Notes: generated from the sequence alone by a model not told the origin. 52,979 bases of DNA from Planctomycetota bacterium (GCA_038060895.1 JBBTCT010000022.1:409077-462055), one strand, 5' to 3'. Shown: positions 19,206-30,418, counted from the stretch's first letter. Numbers and translations: made by a program.

Positions 19206-21205
19206 AGACTTACGCACTCAAGCGCCTCCTCATCAGCGTCCCTCTCGTCTTCATCATGACGTTTGTGGTGTTCTGCATCATCAACATCACGGCGTCCAAG
19301 CACTTTGCGTCGTTCATGAACGACGAAGGGGCAGACCCGCAGGTCATCGAAATCGAGACGCGTCGCTTGCACATGCACGAGCCGGTGCCCGTCCGATACC
19401 TCTACTGGCTGCAGGGCGTGCTGTTCGACGTGCGAGTAACGCAGCAGCGCCGCTATATCGCGACGTTCGAGGACAACGACCCGGGCAAGGGCGACGACCG
19501 GTATCTCTTCGCCGGCACCGTTTCAAAGAAGCCTCTGTCGTCAGTTTCGGGGACGTACGATGTTGGCGGCGAGAAGGGCGCGCCGATGGGCGCGCTGGCG
19601 ACCGCCGAGGGCGTCCGGGCGACGCTGGTCCGGCGGGACGTGCAGTCAATCGAGTTCACGGCCGCCGCTCCGGCGCCCCAGGGACTCGCGCTGATCATCA
19701 ATGCCGGCAGCGGACAGGTGCCGTACCCGTTCACCGCCGAGAAAGACGGATCGGCCAGATTGATTCTCGACCTCGACGAGATGTCCTCGAAGGCCGAAAT
19801 CGAACAGATCCTCTCGATCGAGATCGACTCGGCGAAGCCCGAAAAGGCCGTTGTGACCGCCCAGGCGGTATCTCGGCCGATCTGGCAGGAAGCCTACCCT
19901 GGCGAGCAGCGCAAGCGGACGATCCAGGTCTCTTTTCCCGGGACGCCTTCTTACTACGGCGAACTGGGAGCTCTCAAGTCGCCGTACGTGAGCAAGGGCG
20001 TTGACCGGTCCGACTGGGCCCCCGACTGGAATGCCGTCCAGGCGAAGCTCGACGAAGGTTGGAAGAAGTCAAGCAAGGCATGGGCGGAGTCCGGTAAGCG
20101 CGGACCGGAGCCAGAAAAGGCGCTCGTCGAGCGGATCGATTTCGACCGGCTCGAATTCGAAGCGCGCGCCGTCGAGGGCGGGCCCTTCAAGGCGGAGATC
20201 CAGCTTCTCACCGGCGGACCGGAAAAGGTCACTCCGGTCAGGATAGGTGAGGTGGAGCTCGGTGAGTCCACTCACACGCACATCATCACCTTCGACTCTT
20301 TTCCCAAGGACCTGGACCTGCATCGCGTCACCGGGATCAGGATCGTTTCCGTCGGAAAAGGTCGTGGCGAGTTCGACGACTTCCGTCTGCGCGTCAAGGA
20401 GTCGCCCATCGGCTGTGGAACCCCGAATTTCGGCGAGTCCTGGCACAAGAAGCAGAGCGTCCTCACCCTCATCTTTGGCAAGGTCAAGAACACGATCCTC
20501 CTCACGCTCTGGGAACTCTTCTTCATCTGGCTCATCGCCCTGCCCGCCGGCGTCTACGGGGCCGTTCGCCAGTACAGCACAGGCGACAAGGTCATCTCGT
20601 TCCTCACGTTTGTCGGCATGGCGATGCCCTCCTTCTTCCTCGCGATCCTCATGATCTTCTTCGTTACTCTCACCTATGAGATCCCGAAGGACTCGATGTG
20701 GTTCTGGCTCAACGGCCTCTTTCCGATCGCCGGCCGCACGAGCCAGAACCATTCCGAAATGTCTTTCGGCGCGCAGATGTTCGACGTCGCGCGTCACATG
20801 GTGCTGCCTGCGACGGTGGCCATTCTTGGAGGCATCGGCGGCCTGCAGCGCATCGTCAGGGCGACGATGTTGGAAGAGCGCCGGAAGCTCTACGTAACGA
20901 CGGCGATGGCGAAGGGGTTGCCGCCCTCGAAGGTGCTCTTCAAGCACGCCCTGCGCAACGCGATGATCCCGTTTGTGGCGAGCGCCGGGAGCATCCTGCC
21001 GGGGATGATCGGCGGAAGCGCCTTCATCGAGATCATTTTCGAATACCCGGGAATCGGGAAACAGATGTACGAAAGCGTGCTGACCTACGACGTCCCGGTC
21101 GTGATGGCCAACACGCTGATCGTCGGCCTTCTTCTCGTTGTCGGGAACCTGCTGGCCGATTTCGCGCTCGGCTGGGTGGATCCCCGGATCTCCCTGGAGA
21201 ACTAG
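19202..21205 (+). CDS. ABC permease (OppB/DppB-like) with a large extracytoplasmic insertion
   Basis: ATGA overlap; YALKRLL N-terminus; YVTTAMAKGL...KHALRNA EAA region; VDPRI C-terminus; 667 aa, about twice the usual length. Confidence 0.9.
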   Translation: MKTYALKRLLISVPLVFIMTFVVFCIINITASKHFASFMNDEGADPQVIEIETRRLHMHEPVPVRYLYWLQGVLFDVRVTQQRRYIATFEDNDPGKGDDRYLFAGTVSKKPLSSVSGTYDVGGEKGAPMGALATAEGVRATLVRRDVQSIEFTAAAPAPQGLALIINAGSGQVPYPFTAEKDGSARLILDLDEMSSKAEIEQILSIEIDSAKPEKAVVTAQAVSRPIWQEAYPGEQRKRTIQVSFPGTPSYYGELGALKSPYVSKGVDRSDWAPDWNAVQAKLDEGWKKSSKAWAESGKRGPEPEKALVERIDFDRLEFEARAVEGGPFKAEIQLLTGGPEKVTPVRIGEVELGESTHTHIITFDSFPKDLDLHRVTGIRIVSVGKGRGEFDDFRLRVKESPIGCGTPNFGESWHKKQSVLTLIFGKVKNTILLTLWELFFIWLIALPAGVYGAVRQYSTGDKVISFLTFVGMAMPSFFLAILMIFFVTLTYEIPKDSMWFWLNGLFPIAGRTSQNHSEMSFGAQMFDVARHMVLPATVAILGGIGGLQRIVRATMLEERRKLYVTTAMAKGLPPSKVLFKHALRNAMIPFVASAGSILPGMIGGSAFIEIIFEYPGIGKQMYESVLTYDVPVVMANTLIVGLLLVVGNLLADFALGWVDPRISLEN

Positions 21206-22414
21206 ATGGCCGACCCTGCCCCCAACGCAAAGTTCGTCGAGCAGACCACAGCGGTCCGTTCGCCGAATCAGATTGCCTGGGCAAAGCTGAAGCAGCACAC
21301 GCTCGCAATCTACGGAGGGCTGGTCCTGATCGTGCTGTACCTGGCGGCCCTGTTCGCGGACGTCCTGGCACCCTACGATTTCGAGACGCAGTTCCGGACG
21401 AAGCCCTGGCATCCGCCGAGCGTGATCCACTGGCGCCACGCGGACGGGACGTTCAGCACTCCCTTCGTCTACAACACGGTGAAGCTGCGCGACGAGGCCT
21501 ACCAGGCGCACTTCGTCGAGGTCTCTCCCGAGAACATGGAGTTCCTGAAGGGTCGCATCGGCCCGAGCTTCAAAGATCAGCCGACCGAGTACCACCTGAA
21601 GTTCTTCCCGAAGGGTGACCCGCACAAGTTCCTCGGCGTCATCGCGATGGAGCGGCGCCTCTTCGGCGTCGAGTCGAACGACTCGCTGAACCGGCCGGCG
21701 TTCTTCCTGCTCGGGTCGGAACAGCTCGGCCGCGACCTCTTCAGCCGAATCCTGTACGGATCCCGTGTGTCGCTTTCGGTCGGATTGATCGGCGTGGTCA
21801 TCACGTTCACGCTGGGAATGACGATCGGGGGAATCTCGGGGTACTTCCGGGGCAAGACTGACACGGTCCTGCAGCGGTTGATCGAGATGATCATGCTCCT
21901 CCCGGGCTTTTACATCATGCTGTCGCTCAGGGCGGCGCTACCGCCTGACCTCGGAACCATCCAGACCTACTTCGCGATCATCCTCATCCTGTCGTTCATA
22001 GGCTGGGCGGGGCTGGCGCGGACGACGCGCGGGCTCGTGATGTCGATCTCGCAGAACGACTACATCACAGCGTCGCGCGCGCTGGGCGTGAGCAGTCTGT
22101 CGCTGATCATGAAGCACATCCTGCCGCAGACGTTTTCGTACGCGGTTGTCGTGGCTTCCATGGCGATCCCGGGGTACATGCTGGGCGAGTCGGGCCTGTC
22201 GTACCTCGGGCTGGGGATCCAGGAGCCGTATTCCTCATGGGGAAACATGCTGCAGGCGGCAGGGACCGGCAACGACATCAAGCTGCACCCGTGGGTTCTC
22301 GTTCCCGGTTTCATGATCTTCATCACCATCGTCGCGTGGAACTTCCTCGGCGACGGGCTCCGCGACGCGTTCGACCCGAAGACAATCCTGAACGCGAAGA
22401 AGGGGGGCGCATGA
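21206..22414 (+). CDS. ABC permease (OppC/DppC-like)
   Basis: [46 protein letters not shown]. Confidence 0.92.
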   Translation: MADPAPNAKFVEQTTAVRSPNQIAWAKLKQHTLAIYGGLVLIVLYLAALFADVLAPYDFETQFRTKPWHPPSVIHWRHADGTFSTPFVYNTVKLRDEAYQAHFVEVSPENMEFLKGRIGPSFKDQPTEYHLKFFPKGDPHKFLGVIAMERRLFGVESNDSLNRPAFFLLGSEQLGRDLFSRILYGSRVSLSVGLIGVVITFTLGMTIGGISGYFRGKTDTVLQRLIEMIMLLPGFYIMLSLRAALPPDLGTIQTYFAIILILSFIGWAGLARTTRGLVMSISQNDYITASRALGVSSLSLIMKHILPQTFSYAVVVASMAIPGYMLGESGLSYLGLGIQEPYSSWGNMLQAAGTGNDIKLHPWVLVPGFMIFITIVAWNFLGDGLRDAFDPKTILNAKKGGA

Positions 22415-23376
22415 CCGACACGCCGCTCCTCGAACTCCGCGACCTCCAGGTGCAGTTCCCGACCTACGACGGCGTCGTCCGCGCCGTGGACGGGGTCTCG
22501 TATTCGATCCCGAAGGGGAAAGTGCTCGGGCTGGTCGGCGAGTCCGGATGCGGCAAGTCGGTGACCGCGTTCAGCACGCTGCGCCTGATCCAGCATCCCG
22601 GGAAGATCACCGGCGGCGACATCCTCTTCGACGGGAAGTCACTCCTCAGCCTGTCAGAAACCGAGATGCGCGCCATCCGCGGCAACCGGATCTCGATGAT
22701 CTTCCAGGAGCCGATGACGTCGCTCAACCCCGTGTTCACCGTCGGGAACCAGATCGCCGAGGCCGTCGTCCTGCACCACCGCGTGTCGTGGAAGGAAGGC
22801 CGGAACCGCGCGATCGAGATGCTGCGGCGCGTCAAGATGCCGAATCCCGAGCAGCGCGTGGACGACTACCCGCACCAGATGTCGGGCGGTATGAAACAGC
22901 GCGTCATGATCGCCATGGCGCTCTCCTGCAACCCGAAGCTCCTCATCGCCGACGAACCCACGACCGCTCTCGACGTCACCATCCAGGCCCAGATCCTCGA
23001 CCTCATGCGCGAACTCCAGAGCGAAACCGGCATGTCCATGCTCTTCATCACGCACGACCTCGGCGTCATCGCCGAAATCGCCGATCACGTCGCCGTCATG
23101 TACGCCGGAAAAGTCGTCGAATACGCCCCCGTCGCCGACCTCTTCGCCAACCCCCTCCACCCCTACACCGTGGGCCTCTTCAATTCCAAGCCCAAAATGG
23201 GCGAACGCCGCGAACGCCTCGAGGCCATCGAAGGCTCCGTCCCCAACCCTCTCAACTTCCCGACCGGGTGCCGCTTCCATCCCCGCTGTCCGAAGTGGGT
23301 CCCCGAGTGCGCCAATGGCGTTCCCCCGCTCCGCGAAATCCGCCGCGGCCACACCGCGGCCTGCATCGTGATCTGA
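22411..23376 (+). CDS. ABC ATP-binding protein (OppD/DppD-like)
   Basis: [39 protein letters not shown]. Confidence 0.95.
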   Translation: MTDTPLLELRDLQVQFPTYDGVVRAVDGVSYSIPKGKVLGLVGESGCGKSVTAFSTLRLIQHPGKITGGDILFDGKSLLSLSETEMRAIRGNRISMIFQEPMTSLNPVFTVGNQIAEAVVLHHRVSWKEGRNRAIEMLRRVKMPNPEQRVDDYPHQMSGGMKQRVMIAMALSCNPKLLIADEPTTALDVTIQAQILDLMRELQSETGMSMLFITHDLGVIAEIADHVAVMYAGKVVEYAPVADLFANPLHPYTVGLFNSKPKMGERRERLEAIEGSVPNPLNFPTGCRFHPRCPKWVPECANGVPPLREIRRGHTAACIVI

Positions 23377-23382
23377 GGAAAC

Positions 23383-24789
23383 ATGCCGCTCCTTGAAGTC
23401 AAAGAACTCGTCAAGCACTTCCCCGTGAAGAAGGGCATCTTCTCGCGGACGGTGGGGCACGTCCGCGCGGTGGACGGGGTGAGTTTCTCGATTGCGGAGG
23501 GACGGACGCTCGGGCTGGTGGGGGAGAGCGGCTGCGGAAAGACGACGGTGGGGCGGGCGCTGCTGAGGCTCATCGAGCCGACATCCGGCCAGGTGGCGTT
23601 CCAGGGCCAGCACGTGACGCAGCTGGCGGGCGCGGAGCTGCGCGCGATGCGCCGGCACATGCAGATCATCTTCCAGGACCCGTATTCGAGCCTGAATCCG
23701 CGGATGACGGTGGGCGCGATCGTGGAAGAGGGGATGAAGATCCACGGGCTCGGCGACCGGAACGAGCGCGTTGCGAAGGTGCGCAAGCTGCTGAAGGACG
23801 TCGGGCTGATGGAAGAGCACATCAACCGGTACCCGCACGAGTTCAGCGGCGGGCAGCGGCAGCGGATCGGGATCGCGCGGGCGCTGGCGGTGGAGCCGAA
23901 ATTCATCGTGTGCGACGAGGCGGTGAGCGCGCTGGACGTGTCGATCCAGGCGCAGGTGGTGAACCTGCTGGCCGACATGAAGAAGAACCTCGGCCTCAGC
24001 TACCTTTTTATTTCGCACGACCTGTCCGTCGTCGAGCACATCAGCGACGACGTCGCCGTCATGTATCTCGGCGAAATCGTCGAGACGGCGCCGAAGGACG
24101 CGATCTTCAAGAACCCGCTCCACCCGTACACGCAGGCCCTTCTTTCGGCCGTCCCGCAGCCCGACCCCGCGAACCGCAAGAACCGGATCATCCTCACCGG
24201 GGACGTCCCCAGCCCTGTCAACCCGCCCAACGGGTGCCGCTTCCACCCCCGCTGCCCAAAGGCGATGCCCGAGTGCCAGGTCATGGTGCCGCCGGCGTAC
24301 GACATGGGCGGCGGGCACGTCGTGCGGTGCCTGCTTTACGATCCGAAGTTTGCGGGGTTGCGCACCGGGCCGAATCCCGACCTCATCTCGACCGGGCAGC
24401 TCGCGCCGGGCGTCGCGGAAATGCAGAAGCGCAAGGCGACCGGGATCGCGCGACCTGAGGAGGACAAGCCGCTCGACGGACCCGGTCCGCTGGAGAAGAA
24501 GCTGCCCTCGAAAGAGATCATGGACAAGGCCGTGCGTGTCATCTTCGGCGCCGATCCGTCCGAGAACGCGCCCGTGGTCCCGCCCGACGCCACCGGCCTC
24601 GGCCAGCTGGTCCAGGATTTCCCGGTCGATGAGCCGCCGACATCGGAGACGCCGACCCCGGTCATCCTGCACCCGCCGGACCTGCCGGGAGGCGAGAGAA
24701 AGCCGTCGCTTCTCGACGAAGAACCCGAAAAACCGCCGCCGGGGCCGGGTGAAGAGCCGCCGACGAAGATTCCAGATTGGTTGCAGTGA
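23383..24789 (+). CDS. ABC ATP-binding protein (OppF/DppF-like) with a Pro/Glu-rich C-terminal extension
   Basis: [38 protein letters not shown]; ~140 extra C-terminal residues. Confidence 0.95.
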   Translation: MPLLEVKELVKHFPVKKGIFSRTVGHVRAVDGVSFSIAEGRTLGLVGESGCGKTTVGRALLRLIEPTSGQVAFQGQHVTQLAGAELRAMRRHMQIIFQDPYSSLNPRMTVGAIVEEGMKIHGLGDRNERVAKVRKLLKDVGLMEEHINRYPHEFSGGQRQRIGIARALAVEPKFIVCDEAVSALDVSIQAQVVNLLADMKKNLGLSYLFISHDLSVVEHISDDVAVMYLGEIVETAPKDAIFKNPLHPYTQALLSAVPQPDPANRKNRIILTGDVPSPVNPPNGCRFHPRCPKAMPECQVMVPPAYDMGGGHVVRCLLYDPKFAGLRTGPNPDLISTGQLAPGVAEMQKRKATGIARPEEDKPLDGPGPLEKKLPSKEIMDKAVRVIFGADPSENAPVVPPDATGLGQLVQDFPVDEPPTSETPTPVILHPPDLPGGERKPSLLDEEPEKPPPGPGEEPPTKIPDWLQ

Positions 24790-24791
24790 GA

Positions 24792-26456
24792 ATGGGCCCG
24801 GCCGTGCGCGCGTGCCTCGTTGCGGCCTTCGCGGCCCTCGGGATGAGTGTTGGCGGTGAGGAGGCGACGGCCTATCGCCGCTTCGCCGACGTCTCCGCGA
24901 ATCTCAAGGACCGCGCCGCGAATTCGGGCGGCGCCGCGAAGGCTAGCGTCATCGGGAAATCCTTCGGGGGGCGCGACATTCTCCTCGTCACGATCGGGAC
25001 CGGCGAGGGGCTGGACACGCGGCCCGCGCTTCTCGTCGTCGCCGGCGTCGAGGGAGACGGAATCGCCGGAAGTGAAATCGCGGCGACGTTCGCGGCCGAG
25101 CTGATGGCGGCGCAGGACGAGCGGACGCGGAAGCTGCTGGCGGAGCGGACGGTGTACGTGATCGTGCGGCTGAATCCGGACGGGATCGAGCGGTTTTTCG
25201 ACGAGGTGAAACGGCAGGACACGGGGACGGCGAGGAAGTGGGACGAGGACAAGGACGGCGCGGAGGACGAAGACGGCCCGGACGATCTCGACGGGGACGG
25301 GCTGATTCTCGTGATGCGCGTCGAGGACGCGGCGGGGGAGTGGGTCGCCGACGAGAAGGACGCCGGCTTCATGCGGAAGCCGGACGCGGTGCGCGGGGAG
25401 CACGGTGCGTGGAAACTTCTCGCGGAAGGGAAGGACGACGACGGCGATGGCGCGTGGAACGAGGACGGCGCGGGCGGCGTGGACCTGAACTCGAATTTCC
25501 CGTGGAACTACCGCTTCCATGCCCCGCGCTCCGGCGCGTACCAGGCGGGCGAGCCCGAGAGCCGCGCGCTGGCTGAGTTCGTGGCGGCGCACCCGAACAT
25601 CGAGGCGGCGTTCACGTTCGCGTCGAACGACAACGTGATCCGGCAGGTGGCGCCCGCGCCGCCGCCGCACCCGCTTCCGGACCCGGGTAACCCGGTGATG
25701 GCGCTGGACGCGGGAGACGTGCTGCCGCTCGCGAGGTTCGCCGAGAACTACCGGACGAAACTGGGCCGCGAGCGGCGCGACCCGCTGGGGCTGCGCGAAG
25801 GAGGCGTCGCGGAGTGGCTGTACTTCCACTGGGGAATCCTGTCGCTCGGCGGACCGGGGTGGAGCGTGCCGTGGAAGCCGGCGGATGCGAAGGGACTGGC
25901 CCACGAAGACGGGCCGGGGCGTGAAGCGCGCTGGGAGTTCCGATGGATGCGCGAAAACCGGGCGAGCGAGTGGGTGGAGTGGCACGCGGTCGCCCACCCG
26001 GATTTTCCAGGGAAGAAAGTGGAAATCGGCGCGTGGAAACCCTACGCGACGGTGCTTCCGCCCGCGGGCGAGATGGAAGCGCTCGCGGCGAAGCATGGCG
26101 CGTTTCTGCGCGACGTCCTCGACGCATTTCCGCGGGTTGCCATCAAGGGTGTCGCCGCGAAGAAGCTGGACGCCGCGCTCTGGGAAATCACGGCGACCAT
26201 CGCGAACGAGGGCGCGCTTCCGACGGCGTTGCGGCAAGGGGTGCGAACCCAGCGAGCGCGCGCCGTACGGGTCGATTTCGTGTCCGCGACGGGCAAGCTG
26301 ACGGCCGGCGACAAGGTCACGCTGATTCCCGTTCTGGCCGCCGGCGGAGTGAAGGAACTGAAGTGGGTCCTGCAAGCCCGTGAGGGTTCCGAGCTGGAGA
26401 TCCGCGCCGAAACCGATCGCGCGGGTCAAGCCGCCGCGAAGCTGGAGTTGAAGTGA
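24792..26456 (+). CDS. M14 zinc carboxypeptidase-family protein, probably catalytically inactive
   Basis: IGKSFGGRDI, LNPDG, GVDLNSNFP and EPESRAL present, but HxxE reads VEGDG and the third Zn His position reads TFASN. Confidence 0.8.
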   Translation: MGPAVRACLVAAFAALGMSVGGEEATAYRRFADVSANLKDRAANSGGAAKASVIGKSFGGRDILLVTIGTGEGLDTRPALLVVAGVEGDGIAGSEIAATFAAELMAAQDERTRKLLAERTVYVIVRLNPDGIERFFDEVKRQDTGTARKWDEDKDGAEDEDGPDDLDGDGLILVMRVEDAAGEWVADEKDAGFMRKPDAVRGEHGAWKLLAEGKDDDGDGAWNEDGAGGVDLNSNFPWNYRFHAPRSGAYQAGEPESRALAEFVAAHPNIEAAFTFASNDNVIRQVAPAPPPHPLPDPGNPVMALDAGDVLPLARFAENYRTKLGRERRDPLGLREGGVAEWLYFHWGILSLGGPGWSVPWKPADAKGLAHEDGPGREARWEFRWMRENRASEWVEWHAVAHPDFPGKKVEIGAWKPYATVLPPAGEMEALAAKHGAFLRDVLDAFPRVAIKGVAAKKLDAALWEITATIANEGALPTALRQGVRTQRARAVRVDFVSATGKLTAGDKVTLIPVLAAGGVKELKWVLQAREGSELEIRAETDRAGQAAAKLELK

Positions 26457-26460
26457 CTCC

Positions 26461-28188
26461 ATGAAACAAACCCTCGCCTTCCTTCTCCTCTCCTCCCTGG
26501 CTTTCGCGCAAGCCGACCTCGGCGCACTCGGCGCGCCGCCGAACCCGAAAGTGAACGTGCGCTGGAACCGCTTCTATGACAACAAGGAGCTCGGCGAAAT
26601 CCTCGACCAGCTCGGCGCGGCGTTTCCCGGGCTCACGAAGCTCCACACGATCGGGACGTCGGTGGGCGGCCGATCGATCCGGGGAATCGAGATCTCGAAT
26701 CATTCAAAGGGAGAGCCCGCGCGCAAGGCGGGCTTCTACATCGACGGCAACATCCACGGGAACGAGGTCCAGGGGGCGGAAGCGGCGTTGTACACGGCGT
26801 GGTACCTGCTCGAGAACTACGGGCGCGTCGCGAAGATCACGGAGCTGGTGGACGAGCGCGTGTTCTACATTTTCCCGACGATCAACCCCGACGGGCGGGA
26901 CGCGTTCCTGCACGACCCCAACACCGCTCACTCGCTCCGCGGCGGGCTGAAGCCCTGGGACAACGACGGCGACGGGCGAGCGGATGAGGACGGGTTCGAC
27001 GACCTGGACGGCGACGGAAACATCGTGCAGATGCGCCGCCGGAACCCGCACGGGCGGTGGAAGGCGCATCCACAGGAAGCGCGGCTGATGGTTCCCTGCG
27101 AGCCGGACGAAACCGGAGAGTTTGAGCGGCTGGACGAGGAAGGGCTCGACAACGACGGCGACGGGCAGGTGAACGAGGACGGCCCGGGCGGCTACGACCC
27201 GAACCGGAACTGGCCGACCGACTGGCAGCCGCCGTACGTCCAGCACGGGGCGCACGACTTCCCGTTTTCGCTTCCCGAAACCCGCGCCGTCGGAAAGTTC
27301 GTGATGGAACACCCGAACATCGCGGGGGTGCAGACGTACCACAACGCCGGAGGCATGATCCTCCGGCCGCCCGGGCAGCAGGCGGCCAACGTTCCCGACA
27401 GCGACGTCGCCGTCTACGACGCGATCGGGAAACAGGGCGAACAGATGCTTCCGGGTTACCGCTACATGATCCTGTGGAAGGACCTGTACGCGGTCTGGGG
27501 CGGCGAGATCGACTGGTTCTACTTCGGGCGCGGCGCGGTGACCTTCACGAACGAGCTCTGGACGGAGGGAAACCTCTTCCGCACCCCTAACCCGGGGTTC
27601 TTCGCCGACACAAAGGAAGACCGGGCGCGCTTCAACAAGCTCCTCCTGATGAAGGACGCGTTCGTGGAATGGAAGCCCTTCCAGCATCCCGTCTACGGCG
27701 ACATCGAGATCGGCGGGTTCAAGAAGAACTTCGGCCGCACGCCGCCGTCGTTTCTGCTCGAAGAGGAATGCCACCGCAACATGGCCTTCACGCTTTACCA
27801 CGCCGACCACATGCCGCGGCTCACCCTCGATGCGCCGGTCGTCCGCTCCCTCGGCGACGGCCTTTTCGCCGTGCGCGTCACCGCGCGCAACTCGCGCATG
27901 ATCCCTTCCCGCACCGCGCTGGACGTCGCGAACAAGATCTCCCGTCCGGACGAATTCACGCTGGCGGGCGAAGCAGTCACCGTGCTTTCCGCGGGCATCG
28001 TCCGGGACCGCGACTTCAACCGCGTGGAGCCCGCGCCCGGGAAGCCGTCGCGCATCCGGATCAACGCCGTGCCGGGGATGGGGGAAGCGACGGTCGAGTG
28101 GGTGATCAAGGGCGCGGGAAAGTTCCGGGTGACGCTCGATTCGGTGAAGGGCGGAGTATCCATGTCCGGGGGCGAGTGCGGAAAGTAG
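26461..28188 (+). CDS. M14 zinc carboxypeptidase with DxDxDG Ca-binding loops
   Basis: NIHGNE, INPDGR, DPNRNW, PETRA, TYHN, FTNEL; signal peptide. Confidence 0.9.
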   Translation: MKQTLAFLLLSSLAFAQADLGALGAPPNPKVNVRWNRFYDNKELGEILDQLGAAFPGLTKLHTIGTSVGGRSIRGIEISNHSKGEPARKAGFYIDGNIHGNEVQGAEAALYTAWYLLENYGRVAKITELVDERVFYIFPTINPDGRDAFLHDPNTAHSLRGGLKPWDNDGDGRADEDGFDDLDGDGNIVQMRRRNPHGRWKAHPQEARLMVPCEPDETGEFERLDEEGLDNDGDGQVNEDGPGGYDPNRNWPTDWQPPYVQHGAHDFPFSLPETRAVGKFVMEHPNIAGVQTYHNAGGMILRPPGQQAANVPDSDVAVYDAIGKQGEQMLPGYRYMILWKDLYAVWGGEIDWFYFGRGAVTFTNELWTEGNLFRTPNPGFFADTKEDRARFNKLLLMKDAFVEWKPFQHPVYGDIEIGGFKKNFGRTPPSFLLEEECHRNMAFTLYHADHMPRLTLDAPVVRSLGDGLFAVRVTARNSRMIPSRTALDVANKISRPDEFTLAGEAVTVLSAGIVRDRDFNRVEPAPGKPSRIRINAVPGMGEATVEWVIKGAGKFRVTLDSVKGGVSMSGGECGK

Positions 28189-28371
28189 AAGTTCGGCTGT
28201 GGATCGAGCGCGCGGGGTTTCGATTCGACACAGAGATCACGGAGCGCACAGAGAAAAACATTCTGAATTGCCTCTATTCTACTAGCCGTTCGATTCTTTG
28301 AGCGACTGATTGAATCTCAAAACTCCCAGCGGCGGCAACCGAACTCAGCAGTTGACCTGGCGGCGGGTGAG

Positions 28372-28535
28372 ATCTGCGCGAATCCGCGTCGATCACTTTT
28401 TGTCTGCGCGACGCATTTCCTGGTCATCGAAAGCCCCGCCTCGACCGTCTCGTGCTCCCACCGTCCTCGAGCGCACTTCGACTCGTAAAAGTCTCTCGCG
28501 CAGATAAAACACGATCGACGCGGACAGGCGCAGAT
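28372..28535. repeat. Palindromic intergenic element, copy 1 (40-bp imperfect arms)
   Basis: 28372-28411 atctgcgcgaatccgcgtcgatcactttttgtctgcgcga versus 28496-28535 tcgcgcagataaaacacgatcgacgcggacaggcgcagat. Confidence 0.8.
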
Positions 28536-28772
28536 ACTGCCAGATGCCTCCCGTTCTCACTACGTCCGAACCTTTCCCGCGCCCCCGCGATCAACTCCCC
28601 ATGATCCTCTCTCCACGCTGAGGCGATCCGCGCCACGTCGCGGTCGCCTCCCATCCCTTCGCGCGGCCAATCGGCCGGCGCTCCCTCGCACACCTTCGCC
28701 GCCACAAATTGACAGCGGTCCGCACCCCGTGTTGACTGACCCCCCTTCAATTCCAAAACCAAGAGGACTTCC

Positions 28773-30209
28773 ATGGCCGAGCAGAACCTTACGACCCGGG
28801 CGAAAGATTTCCCGGAGTGGTACCAGGACGTCATCCGGGCCGCCGATCTTGCCGAGCCGGCGATCGTCGTGAAGGGCGCGATGGTGATCAAGCCGAACGG
28901 CTACGCGATCTGGGAGAAGATCCAGCGCAACCTCGACGACCGCTTCAAGGCGACCGGCCACCGGAACGCCTATTTTCCGCTGTTCATCCCGGAGTCGTTC
29001 CTGAAGAAGGAAGCGGAGCACGTCGAGGGATTCGCGCCGGAGCTGGCGGTCGTGACGATCGGCGGCGGAAAGGAACTCGAGGAGCGGTACGTCGTGCGCC
29101 CGACGTCGGAGACGATCATCGGGCACTTCTTCTCGAAGTGGATCAAGACGCACCGCGACCTGCCGATGCTGATCAACCAGTGGGCCAACGTCGTGCGGTG
29201 GGAGCTGCGCACGCGGCTGTTCCTTCGCACGTCGGAATTCCTATGGCAGGAAGGGCACACGGCGCACGCGACGCACGAGGAAGGGCTGCAGGAAGTGCTG
29301 CGGATGCTCGACGTGTACGCCGATTTTGCGGAGAACGTGATGGCGATGCCGGTGATCCGCGGCGAGAAGACGATGAACGAGAAGTTCGCAGGCGCGGTGA
29401 AGAGCTACTGCATCGAGGGTCTGATGCAGAACGGGTGGGCGCTGCAGGCGGGGACGAGCCACGACCTGGGGCAGAACTTCGGGAAGGCGTTCGACGTGAA
29501 GTTCCAGAACACCGCGGGGCAGAGCGAGTACGTGTGGCAGACGTCGTGGGGTGTTTCGACCCGGCTGATCGGCGGGATCATCATGACGCACTCGGACGAC
29601 GCGGGGCTGGTCTGCCCGCCGAAGCTGGCGCCGTATCACGTCGTGATCATCCCGATTTTCAAGACGCCGGAGGAAAAGGCGGCGACGACGGAGGTGGGCA
29701 AGAAGCTCGCCGACGACCTGCGTGCGAAGGGCCTTACCGTCGTGTTCGACGACCGGGACGACCGGCCGGGCTCCAAGTACTTCGAGTGGGAGCGCAAAGG
29801 CGCGTGCTGTCGCGTGGAGATTGGGCCGAAGGATCTTGAGAAGAAGAGCTACGCCTTCAAGCGCCGCGACATGGAGAAGAAGGAGTTCGCGCCGCTCGAC
29901 AATGCGGTCGTGCACATCACGGGCCAGATGGACCAGATGCAGAAGGACATGTTCAACAAGGCGAAGAAGTACCGGGATGAGAACACGAAGCGAATCGACT
30001 CGTGGGACGACTTCAAGGCGCTCCACGAAGGCGCAGGTGGTTTTTCGAGCTGCCACTGGTGCGGCGACGGAAAGTGCGAGGCGCAGGTGAAGGAGGAGAC
30101 GAAGGTGACGATCCGGTGCATCCCGCTCGAAAACCCGAAGGAAGACGGAAAGTGCATCAAGTGCGGGAGGCCGAGCGCGCAGCGGGTGTTGTTTGCGAGG
30201 GCGTACTAG
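28773..30209 (+). CDS. proS: Proline--tRNA ligase, archaeal/eukaryote-like type
   Basis: [52 protein letters not shown]; C-terminal Zn-binding cysteines and terminal ARAY. Confidence 0.97.
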   Translation: MAEQNLTTRAKDFPEWYQDVIRAADLAEPAIVVKGAMVIKPNGYAIWEKIQRNLDDRFKATGHRNAYFPLFIPESFLKKEAEHVEGFAPELAVVTIGGGKELEERYVVRPTSETIIGHFFSKWIKTHRDLPMLINQWANVVRWELRTRLFLRTSEFLWQEGHTAHATHEEGLQEVLRMLDVYADFAENVMAMPVIRGEKTMNEKFAGAVKSYCIEGLMQNGWALQAGTSHDLGQNFGKAFDVKFQNTAGQSEYVWQTSWGVSTRLIGGIIMTHSDDAGLVCPPKLAPYHVVIIPIFKTPEEKAATTEVGKKLADDLRAKGLTVVFDDRDDRPGSKYFEWERKGACCRVEIGPKDLEKKSYAFKRRDMEKKEFAPLDNAVVHITGQMDQMQKDMFNKAKKYRDENTKRIDSWDDFKALHEGAGGFSSCHWCGDGKCEAQVKEETKVTIRCIPLENPKEDGKCIKCGRPSAQRVLFARAY

Positions 30210-30259
30210 GGGAGGGGCGCGGTTCATGGTGTGACACGGAGGTCGCGGAGGAGAGACAT

Positions 30260-30405
30260 GATCTGTGTTTCTCTGCGCGACGCATTTCTTTGTACTCAAT
30301 TGCCATGCGGGCGCCGAATCGCACGCAGTCCTTCGCGCAGCGGGCATTGGCCCGCTAAGGGCTATTGCGCAGATAAAGCGAGATTTCCGCAGACAAGCGC
30401 AGATA
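30260..30405. repeat. Palindromic intergenic element, copy 2 (degenerate, same orientation as copy 1)
   Basis: tctgcgcgacgcatttc is identical at 28403 and 30272; gcgcagataaa...gcgcagata follows at the same 95-bp offset in both. Confidence 0.7.
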
Positions 30406-30418
30406 TGGCCAAAGGGAC

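Noticed and set aside
28190-28772. T-box or other leader riboswitch upstream of proS
   Set aside because: No T-box consensus or terminator/antiterminator recognised; the structure present is the palindromic element that also occurs downstream.
28372-30405. Integron attC sites
   Set aside because: No RYYYAAC...GTTRRRY core ends and no integrase in the window.
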